Program-made: the position numbers and the translations under genes
Shown here: piece by piece, positions 56,226 to 64,000 of the stretch
Numbering within the stretch: position 1 is the stretch's first letter
Layout: every line of letters begins with the position of its first letter
Notes under the pieces: generated by a model
Databases searched by the model: none
Told to the model about the DNA's origin: nothing
What the model saw: only the letters and a program-made list of their open reading frames with translations
From: an uncultured Candidatus Saccharibacteria bacterium
GTDB taxonomy: Bacteria > Patescibacteriota > Saccharimonadia > Saccharimonadales > Saccharimonadaceae
Length of the DNA stretch: 64,000 nt
Reading direction: 5' to 3'
NCBI GenBank assembly: GCA_963456275.1
Contig: CAUOLJ010000003.1
Coordinates: 201 to 64,200 of the forward strand

Positions 56226-57095
56226 GTGGCTCGCGAAAAATTATCTATTCCACAGCTCAAAATAAAAGCCAACGATGTGCGGCGCGACGTAGTTCATATG
56301 CTAGAGCTGGCCAAGAGCGGGCACCCGGGCGGCGCGCTGGGGCTGGCGGATATCGTCACGGCACTATATTTCAATATTATGAATATCGATCCGCAGAACC
56401 CTGAATGGCCAGAGCGCGATATCTTTATGTTGAGTAATGGCCACACAGTGCCGGTGCAATATGCGGCCATGGCCGAGGCAGGATACTTCCCAGTCGAGGA
56501 GCTGTCGACGCTGCGCAAGCTCGGGTCGCGTCTGCAGGGCCACCCAGAGCGCGTCAAGTTACCAGGGCTTGAGAATACTTCCGGGCCGCTAGGCAGCGGC
56601 ATCGGGCAAGCAGCAGGTTACGCGTATGCGCTGCAATATCTAGATAAGCAGCGCCACCGCTGGGTGTACGCGATTGCTGGCGACGGCGAGCTTGATGAAG
56701 GTAATATCTGGGAGTCGGCGATGTTTGCTGGTAAGTATAAACTACGCCAGCTAATCCTCTTCATTGACCGCAATAATATCCAGATTGACGGCCCGACCGA
56801 AGATGTCATGCCGCTGGAAAATTTGCGCGGCAAGTGGGAAAGCTTTGGCTGGCACGTCCAAGAAATCGACGGCAACAATATTGAAGGCATCATCGACGCA
56901 GTAAACTTAGCCAAGGCGATCGAGAACCGGCCGTGTTGTATTATCGCGCATACGATTCCGGGCCGCGGTGTTGGTTTTATGGAATACGATTACAAGTGGC
57001 ACGGCGTAGCGCCATCAAGCGATCAGGCGGCTACGGCGCTGACTGATTTGGCGCATTCAGAATCACAACAAGATGCAGGAGGATATTATGAGTAA
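56226..57095 (+). CDS. Transketolase N-terminal subunit
   Basis: SGHPGG, LQGHP, GDGELDEG. Confidence 0.93.
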   Translation: MAREKLSIPQLKIKANDVRRDVVHMLELAKSGHPGGALGLADIVTALYFNIMNIDPQNPEWPERDIFMLSNGHTVPVQYAAMAEAGYFPVEELSTLRKLGSRLQGHPERVKLPGLENTSGPLGSGIGQAAGYAYALQYLDKQRHRWVYAIAGDGELDEGNIWESAMFAGKYKLRQLILFIDRNNIQIDGPTEDVMPLENLRGKWESFGWHVQEIDGNNIEGIIDAVNLAKAIENRPCCIIAHTIPGRGVGFMEYDYKWHGVAPSSDQAATALTDLAHSESQQDAGGYYE

Positions 57096-58158
57096 TCAGT
57101 CGTCTAGCAATTCGATGCCGTCCAAGGCGCCGAAACCGCCAACTCCACCAAAGCCGCCGAAACCGCCGAAGTCTTCGGCTGCATCCACTCCGTCAGGGCC
57201 GCCAGTTCAGCCAGCTGCCTCAGTGCCGCCTGCTTCGCCGCCAGCACCGCAATATACTGCTCCGCAGTACACCGCTCCGCCAGCAAACAATACTTATCCG
57301 CCGGCTAGCCCTTACGCTTATCCGTATTCGCAGCCTGCGCCAACACAGTCGCCAGGCAACTGGATGGGTGCTGTTAGTATCATACTTGGCTTGCTTTGGG
57401 TGAGTATGATTGGCTTGCCGCTCGGCATTGCTAGCGTTGTTAAGGCGAACCGCTACGGTACTTCGAAAGTAGCAGGCGTTATCGGTATTATTATTAATTC
57501 GGTTACGCTTGTTATTTCTATTATCGTTACGATACTTCTAGTGTCTGGGGCGATGCAGCCGCTTTTCTCGCAGTTTGATCACGCCGGCGATAACAAAGGC
57601 AAGGAAAAAGATAGCGCCAGAACTGTCCGAAGTGTCTCGCTTGATGATAATTACCAGCCGCAAGGTTCACCAGTTTGGCGCATCGAAAACGGCAAATTGC
57701 CAGAAGGTTGGACTGAAAAGGAAAACGATAATGGCGTTCATTGGTATTCTGATGGCAGCGGACTCTTAATGACTATATCTGTGGTTGGTAGCGAAAATTT
57801 TATCAGTAGTTCTGATAGAGTTAATTCGCGAAAAGTTATCGAAGACAAGATCGGAAATGCGAAGAGTAACGGTGACTTGGTGACTGGTGTAGAGTGGTAT
57901 CAGTCATTTGCTGATTTCGCGAATGACCGCGGCGCTGTGCAACTTTTGTGTGCTCGCGTTTTGGCTAATGACGGCAGCGGTAAGCCGCATTTATCAGTGA
58001 TTTGCTCGCGAGCATACGGTAAAGGAAGTTACTTATTGTACTTATACAACAATAAAGAATCGCTCGCTGTTTCAGAAAGCGCCAAGGCGATGTTCCGAGC
58101 GCTAGTGATTCTCGAGAAAAAAGATGCAAAACGATATTCAGGAGAAGGCCGTGTATAA
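57088..58158 (+). CDS. Pro-rich membrane protein (DUF4190-like) with extracellular domain
   Basis: PKPP/PQYTA repeats, two TM helices, GGAGG SD. Confidence 0.75.
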   Translation: MSNQSSSNSMPSKAPKPPTPPKPPKPPKSSAASTPSGPPVQPAASVPPASPPAPQYTAPQYTAPPANNTYPPASPYAYPYSQPAPTQSPGNWMGAVSIILGLLWVSMIGLPLGIASVVKANRYGTSKVAGVIGIIINSVTLVISIIVTILLVSGAMQPLFSQFDHAGDNKGKEKDSARTVRSVSLDDNYQPQGSPVWRIENGKLPEGWTEKENDNGVHWYSDGSGLLMTISVVGSENFISSSDRVNSRKVIEDKIGNAKSNGDLVTGVEWYQSFADFANDRGAVQLLCARVLANDGSGKPHLSVICSRAYGKGSYLLYLYNNKESLAVSESAKAMFRALVILEKKDAKRYSGEGRV

Positions 58159-59149
58159 TTATCCTCTAAATGACAACATTTATAATGAAAAACCAGAAGC
58201 AGAAGCCACGCGTGCTGGTTTCGGGCGCGGCTTGAAGGCAGCTGGCGAAGCTGATGAGCGAGTAGTCGGTCTGTGCGCCGATTTGGTCGAGAGTGTCAAA
58301 ATGGATGCCTTTGCCAAGGCTTTCCCTGAGCGTTATATCGAGGTCGGTATCGCCGAGCAAAACCTAGCGACAGTGGCAAGCGGCCTAGCGCGCGCTGGTA
58401 AAATTCCGTTTGCAGCCAGTTACGCGGCGTTTCATCCGGGGCGCAGTTGGGAGCAGATCAAAGCGACGATTGCACTTAACGACATGCCGGTTAAGATTGT
58501 CGGTGGACATAGCGGTACAACGGTTGGGCCGGATGGTGCTACCCACCAAATGTTTGAGGATATCGCGTTGATGCGGGTGTTGCCGAACATGATTGTCGTT
58601 TGTCCGGGCGATGCTATTGAGGCTGAAAAAGCCACTAAAGCACTTGCCAGGACTGATAAGCCAGCTTACTTGCGGTTAACGCGCGCTGTTACGCCGACAT
58701 TCAGTACACTGGATTCGCCATTCGAGATTGGCCAGGCGTATGTGTTGCGCCAGGGCAGCGATGCGACAATTGTTAGTACCGGCATTATGACCGCTTATGC
58801 GCTGCGGGCAGCTAACGAATTGCAAAGTAGCAGCGTGTCAGTCGAAGTGGTACATGTGCCGACAGTCAAGCCGCTCGATAACGAGACGATTCTGGCAAGC
58901 GTTCGCAAAACTGGCCGGGTAGTTACTGTCGAGGACGCGCAAATTGCTGGCGGTTTGGGCGGCGCGGTCGCCGAATTGCTAGGCGAACAGTTGCCGTCGC
59001 CGTTATTGCGCATCGGCATGAATGATCGTTTCGGCGAGAGCGGCGAGGCTGGCGAGTTGCTGCAAGCCTTTGGACTTGATGAAGCGAGTATCGCTCAGAA
59101 GACGCGCGAATTTGTCGATCGCGTGCCGCAATATCATGCAGGATTTTAA
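58151..59149 (+). CDS. Transketolase C-terminal subunit
   Basis: GIAEQN, GPDGATHQ, GGLG; GTG start after AGGAG. Confidence 0.92.
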   Translation: MYNYPLNDNIYNEKPEAEATRAGFGRGLKAAGEADERVVGLCADLVESVKMDAFAKAFPERYIEVGIAEQNLATVASGLARAGKIPFAASYAAFHPGRSWEQIKATIALNDMPVKIVGGHSGTTVGPDGATHQMFEDIALMRVLPNMIVVCPGDAIEAEKATKALARTDKPAYLRLTRAVTPTFSTLDSPFEIGQAYVLRQGSDATIVSTGIMTAYALRAANELQSSSVSVEVVHVPTVKPLDNETILASVRKTGRVVTVEDAQIAGGLGGAVAELLGEQLPSPLLRIGMNDRFGESGEAGELLQAFGLDEASIAQKTREFVDRVPQYHAGF

Positions 59150-59163
59150 GGAAAGGAGACAAT

Positions 59164-60078
59164 ATGAGCTTATCAATTGATGAAATTCGTCAGCGTACTA
59201 GCCGGGCGCGCGACCTAATGCGACGCAGCCGCCAGGAAGGTTTCGCGGTAGGAGCTTTTAATATCGATAATCAAGAAACGTTACGTGCGATTTGCCAGGC
59301 AGCACAAAAAACCAAGGCGCCAGTGATGGTCGAAGTTAGCGCTAATGAAGCAGCTTCGCTGGGCGGCTACGAAAATATTCGCGATTTGGTCGATAACTAT
59401 AGCCAAAACTACGGTGTCGAGATGTATATCAACCTCGATCACGCGCCGACAGTCGAGGGTTGCAAGCAAGCTATCGATGCTGGCTTTGAGTTTATTCATA
59501 TCGATATTTCGCAGGCAAATCACGATGCTTCGCTCGAGGAAATTATCGAGAAAACTCGTGAAGTTGTCGAATATGCTAAGTTTACAGGCGCGCTGGTCGA
59601 GGCCGAGGAACGCTATTTCTTTGGCGACTCCAATCTCCATAAAGAAGAAATCGACTACGAAGAAGTCAAAAAATGGAATACCAAGCCCGAGGAAGCTAAA
59701 AGTTTTGTCGATGCCACGGGTATCGATACTATGGCGGTGCAGGTTGGGAACTTGCACGGGCTGTATCCGGTGCCGAAGATTCTCGACCTAGATTTGCTGC
59801 GCCAAATCCGTGCGGCGATTGATTGCCAGATTAGCTTGCATGGCGGTAGCGGCACGCCGCTACACTACTTCGAGGACGCGTCCAAAATTGGCGTTAGTAA
59901 GATCAATATTAATAGCGATTTGCGCTACGCCTTCCGTACTACGCTCGAAAAGGTTTTGCGCGAGAATCCTGACGAGTATGCTGTTTTCAAATTGATGCCC
60001 GAAGTTTACGATGCTGTCCAAAAAGTCGTTGAAGAGAAAATTGGCGCTTTTGGCAGCGCTGGAAAGGCGACGCTTTAG
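59164..60078 (+). CDS. fba: Class II fructose-bisphosphate aldolase
   Basis: AVGAFN, LDH, GNLHG, LHGGSG, KININ. Confidence 0.93.
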   Translation: MSLSIDEIRQRTSRARDLMRRSRQEGFAVGAFNIDNQETLRAICQAAQKTKAPVMVEVSANEAASLGGYENIRDLVDNYSQNYGVEMYINLDHAPTVEGCKQAIDAGFEFIHIDISQANHDASLEEIIEKTREVVEYAKFTGALVEAEERYFFGDSNLHKEEIDYEEVKKWNTKPEEAKSFVDATGIDTMAVQVGNLHGLYPVPKILDLDLLRQIRAAIDCQISLHGGSGTPLHYFEDASKIGVSKININSDLRYAFRTTLEKVLRENPDEYAVFKLMPEVYDAVQKVVEEKIGAFGSAGKATL

Positions 60079-61058
60079 TGGCGGTTAAAATTTTAGCAAT
60101 CGGCAAAGGCACGCAAGACGTATTCCTTCGCAGCAATGAGTTCGACCCGCATACTCGCGGCAAAAAAGTCTTTACCGAGCTGCCGCTAGGTATCAAAATG
60201 GAAGTCGAAGACGTGATCTTCGGCACTGGCGGCAATGCTACAAACGTCGCGACAACGTTTGCCCGCCAGGGCTTAGACAGTCGCTATATGTGGGCGCTGG
60301 GTAATGATTCGGCCAGCCAGGCGGTGATCGCGGCGCTTGATACCGAGGGTGTCGATACGCGCGACGTTTTGATCGATGATCGAATGCAAGCTGGCTATTC
60401 AGTAATTTTGATCGCAACCAATGGCGAACGAACGATTCTGAACCACCGCGGGCGGACATTTGGCAAGGATGTTAGCCGCTTGAACTTGCAAGCTATCAGC
60501 CAAGCTGATTGGATTTACCCGACGTCGTTGGCCGACAACAGCCTGACGGTGTTACGGGTGATTTTGGACGAAGCTGAGCGCGTTGGCGCCAAAGTCATGC
60601 TTAATCCGGCTGGTCCGGAGCTAGCTGATCCGGAAAAGCTAAAAGGTTTGCTGGACACAGTTGACGTGCTTTGCACCAACAAAGAAGAGATGCAAAAATT
60701 AGTAGCTGGCGAGACTATCGAGGAGTTGGCTCTGCGGGCGCTGCACTATTGTCCGACAGTGATTGTCAGCGACGGTCCAAATGGCGTGGTAGCGACTGAC
60801 GGCAAGACATTGGTGCGCGCTGGCATGTATGAAGACGTGCCAGTAGTCGATCGCACGGGCGCCGGCGATGCCTTTGCTAGCGGCTTTTTGAGTCAATGGG
60901 CGCAAGGTAAAAGCTTAAAAGATTCGATTATTTTCGCTAGCGCCAATTCGACTAGCGTTGTCACCAAAATTGGCGCTAAGGACGGTATTTTGCATAAAGG
61001 CGTCAAACTGCACGCTATGCCAATCACCGAGAAACAATTACCGAAACGAGGAGAATAA
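60078..61058 (+). CDS. PfkB-family carbohydrate kinase
   Basis: GGNATNVA, DRTGAGDAFASG. Confidence 0.93.
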   Translation: MAVKILAIGKGTQDVFLRSNEFDPHTRGKKVFTELPLGIKMEVEDVIFGTGGNATNVATTFARQGLDSRYMWALGNDSASQAVIAALDTEGVDTRDVLIDDRMQAGYSVILIATNGERTILNHRGRTFGKDVSRLNLQAISQADWIYPTSLADNSLTVLRVILDEAERVGAKVMLNPAGPELADPEKLKGLLDTVDVLCTNKEEMQKLVAGETIEELALRALHYCPTVIVSDGPNGVVATDGKTLVRAGMYEDVPVVDRTGAGDAFASGFLSQWAQGKSLKDSIIFASANSTSVVTKIGAKDGILHKGVKLHAMPITEKQLPKRGE

Positions 61059-61666
61059 TGAAATACCAGATTTGCGTATCGGGCGCGGCGTCGGGCGAGA
61101 CAGTTGATAGCGCTCACGAAAAAGCTTTTGCGATTGGCGCTGAAATCGCACGTTCGGGCAAGACATTGCTGACAGGCGCTACTGTCGGCTTGCCGCACTT
61201 TGCCGCGCGCGGCTTCAAAAGCGTTAGCCAGACCAAAGGCGTGTCGGTCGGATTCTCGCCGGCTAGTTCGTTTCGCGAACATATTTCGACTTACCGTTTG
61301 CCGACTGCCGAATTCGACTATATCAACTTCACCGGTATGGAATATGTTGGCCGCGATGTTCATCTGGTGCGCAGTGCCGATGCGGTGATTACTGTCGGCG
61401 GGCGAATGGGCAGCCTGCATGAGCTGTCGACAGCGCTCGAAAGCCGTAAGGTCTGCGGTATCTTGCTGGGTAGCGGCGGCCTGGCGGACTACACGATTAC
61501 TCTGCTCAAGAACGTCTGGGCGCCGGGCGCTAAAGATGTCATTTACGACGCTAATCCCGAGCGGTTAGTGGCGCGAGTCATTGAGGCGCTTGACAAGAAA
61601 TACGCCGATGTCGAGCACGATAGCAGCGACCCGCAGGTTAGTGTCAAACGTTACGGCCAAGGTTAG
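61058..61666 (+). CDS. LOG/SLOG-family nucleotide-binding protein
   Basis: TGA..G, VGG..GSLHE. Confidence 0.8.
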   Translation: MKYQICVSGAASGETVDSAHEKAFAIGAEIARSGKTLLTGATVGLPHFAARGFKSVSQTKGVSVGFSPASSFREHISTYRLPTAEFDYINFTGMEYVGRDVHLVRSADAVITVGGRMGSLHELSTALESRKVCGILLGSGGLADYTITLLKNVWAPGAKDVIYDANPERLVARVIEALDKKYADVEHDSSDPQVSVKRYGQG

Positions 61667-61700
61667 CTAGAAATAGTCCAAAAATGTTAAAATATTCTAG

Positions 61701-63674
61701 ATGGATAGTCAGCGATTTCGACTAAAATCTGCGTATCAGCCGACTGGCGATCAGCCGCAAGCGATCGCCCAGTTGCTGAATGGTTTGCACGACGGCCAGC
61801 GCGAGCAAACGCTACTCGGTGTAACAGGTAGCGGTAAAACTTTTACAATGGCGAATATTATCGCTCAAAGGAACGTGCCGACATTGATTTTGGCGCATAA
61901 CAAAACCCTCGCTGCCCAGCTGTTCAGCGAATTCAAGCAGTTTTTTCCCGACAACGAAGTTCATTATTTCGTCAGCTATTTTGATTATTACCAGCCAGAA
62001 GCTTACATCGCGTCGAGCGATACCTATATCGAGAAAGATTCGGCGATCAACGAAGAAATCGACCGCTTGCGCCATGCTGCTACCGACGCTTTGCTGACAC
62101 GGCGCGACGTGGTTATCGTGTCGAGCGTCAGCTGCATTTATGGTTTGGGCTCGCCGGCGGATTATTATGATTTGTCGATTACCGTTAAGCGCGGTGAGCG
62201 GCGTTTGCAAGATAAATTTTTGCGCCAATTGATGGATATTCAGTATCATCGCAACGATATCGACTTTGCGCGCGGTGCGTTTCGCGTCAAAGGCGACGTG
62301 GTCGATGTCTTTCCGGCGGGCGGTGAAACGGCTTATCGAGTGGAGTTTTTCGGCGATGACGTCGATCGAATTACGCGGATTGACCCGCTGACTGGCGAGA
62401 TTCTAGAAGAGCCGGAACTCTTCACTATTTTTCCGAGCAGCCACTACGCTACGCCGAAAGAAAAAATCAAGCGCGCCATCGAAAACATTCGCACCGAGTA
62501 CGAGCAGCGCGTCGAATGGTTCGAGAAGAATAATAAATTGTTGGAGGCGCAGCGACTCAGCCAGCGCACCAAGTATGACCTCGAGATGCTCGAGCAGACT
62601 GGCTTCGTCAAAGGTATCGAAAACTATAGCCGTTATCTAACCAACCGCGAACCGGGCGAGCAGCCAGCGACTTTGCTAGATTACTTTCCAGACGACTTTT
62701 TGATGATTATCGACGAAAGCCACGTTACCGTGCCGCAAGTGCGCGGCATGTATAATGGCGACCGCGCCCGCAAAGAAGTCTTGGTCGAGTACGGTTTTCG
62801 CTTGCCGAGTGCCCTAGATAACCGCCCGCTGCGCTTTGACGAATTTAATAAACACATCAACCAAGTCATTTACGTTTCGGCGACGCCTGGCGATTATGAA
62901 CTCCAGCGCAGCCCGGCGCCAGCGCAGCAAGTGATCCGCCCGACTGGTTTGCTTGATCCAGAGATTATCGTCCGACCGACCGACGGGCAAGTCGACGACT
63001 TGATCGCCGAGATCCGCGACCGCGTCGACAAAAAGCAGCGCGTACTAGTCACTACTTTGACTAAACGGATGGCAGAGGATTTATCGACTTACTTGACGGA
63101 GATCGGTATCAAGACGGCTTACATTCACAGCGAAATCGACACGCTGGAACGAGGCGATATCTTGCGCGATTTGCGGATGGGCGTTTATGACGTGCTGGTC
63201 GGCATCAATTTGCTGCGCGAGGGGATTGACTTGCCAGAAGTTAGTTTGGTGGCGATTATGGATGCCGACAAGGAAGGATTTTTGCGCAGCGAACGCAGTC
63301 TAATTCAGACGATTGGCCGGGCAGCGCGCCACGTTGACGGCAAGGTGATTATGTACGGCGACAATATGACCGATAGCATGCGCTTGGCGATCGACGAAAC
63401 GCGCCGTCGCCGCCAAATTCAAGAAAAATACAACCGCGAACATAACATCACGCCTCGCGGTATCAATAAAGCGATTGACGAAGGCCTGCGCGCCATCATC
63501 CCGCAAAAAGAAGACGGCAAGCCAAAGCTCGACCTGCGCAAAATCCCGCGCGACGAGTACAAAAATCTCGTCAAAGACTTGACCGCGCAGATGAACCTAG
63601 CTAGCGCTAACTTAGAATTCGAACGCGCCGCCGACCTGCGCGACCTAATCGCCGAGATTCGCGAGAAGATGTAG
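61701..63674 (+). CDS. uvrB: Excinuclease ABC subunit B
   Basis: [19 protein letters not shown]. Confidence 0.97.
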   Translation: MDSQRFRLKSAYQPTGDQPQAIAQLLNGLHDGQREQTLLGVTGSGKTFTMANIIAQRNVPTLILAHNKTLAAQLFSEFKQFFPDNEVHYFVSYFDYYQPEAYIASSDTYIEKDSAINEEIDRLRHAATDALLTRRDVVIVSSVSCIYGLGSPADYYDLSITVKRGERRLQDKFLRQLMDIQYHRNDIDFARGAFRVKGDVVDVFPAGGETAYRVEFFGDDVDRITRIDPLTGEILEEPELFTIFPSSHYATPKEKIKRAIENIRTEYEQRVEWFEKNNKLLEAQRLSQRTKYDLEMLEQTGFVKGIENYSRYLTNREPGEQPATLLDYFPDDFLMIIDESHVTVPQVRGMYNGDRARKEVLVEYGFRLPSALDNRPLRFDEFNKHINQVIYVSATPGDYELQRSPAPAQQVIRPTGLLDPEIIVRPTDGQVDDLIAEIRDRVDKKQRVLVTTLTKRMAEDLSTYLTEIGIKTAYIHSEIDTLERGDILRDLRMGVYDVLVGINLLREGIDLPEVSLVAIMDADKEGFLRSERSLIQTIGRAARHVDGKVIMYGDNMTDSMRLAIDETRRRRQIQEKYNREHNITPRGINKAIDEGLRAIIPQKEDGKPKLDLRKIPRDEYKNLVKDLTAQMNLASANLEFERAADLRDLIAEIREKM

Positions 63675-63709
63675 GGCTAGTAACGAAAACTTTAGTAGAA
63701 AGGATCAAA

Positions 63710-64000
63710 ATGACACCAAACAAACTGCAGCCTGGCGATGAAATTAGAATCGTTGCACTGGCGCGCTCGGCTAGCGACATTGACGAGGCTGTTTTGCGGC
63801 GGGCGACAGCGGCGTTGGAATCGCTCGGTCTGATAGTGACATTTAGCGAAAATGCCTTTTCACGGTCTCAGCGCGGCTGCCCGAGCGATCAAGAGAAGGC
63901 CGACGATTTGCACGCTGCATTTACCGATTCGAAAGTCAAAGCGATTTTGCTGGCCGTCGGCGGTTTTAATTCAAATCAGCTACTCGACAAAATAGACTGG
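63710..64000 (+). CDS. S66 LD-carboxypeptidase/MccF-like protein, truncated by window end
   Basis: LQPGDEIRIVA...DDLHAAF.D..VKAI...GGFNS. Confidence 0.85.
   Translation, partial: MTPNKLQPGDEIRIVALARSASDIDEAVLRRATAALESLGLIVTFSENAFSRSQRGCPSDQEKADDLHAAFTDSKVKAILLAVGGFNSNQLLDKIDW

Overview
Chromosomal window that, by gene content and protein style, looks like a Saccharibacteria (TM7, Patescibacteria/CPR) genome; this is inference, not a database result. From 8.1 to 64 kb it is mostly housekeeping: a MoxR/VWA operon, csoR, tRNAs, leuS, rpmF-nusB-rnc, rpsP-khpA-trmD, hisS, rmuC, pheS and pheT split by an accessory block, trxB, ppa, rel, a pentose-phosphate/glycolysis operon and uvrB. The first 8 kb is an AT-rich island ending at tRNA-Gly(GCC). 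Its main feature is a minus-strand reverse-transcriptase operon. In order it has a sigma70 promoter, a ~300-nt folded leader closed by a long-range stem, and an unannotated 55-aa ORF. Nested out of frame inside that ORF is an unannotated 25-aa amphipathic peptide whose ribosome-binding site is locked in a hairpin. An XRE-HTH gene and a 333-aa RT (YVDD) follow. This resembles a type VI-like retron defence system with a translationally repressed peptide toxin. The cassette is bracketed by 65-bp inverted repeats and sits next to a TIR/NDT-like gene, a frameshifted IS1595, and a 2.6-kb serine-recombinase element whose excision would rewrite the recombinase C-terminus. Elsewhere there are two paralogous promoter-plus-hairpin leaders in front of unrelated small ORFs, a microsatellite inside a promoter spacer, a GAPDH homologue lacking its catalytic residues, and a membrane-protein gene wedged between the two transketolase halves.
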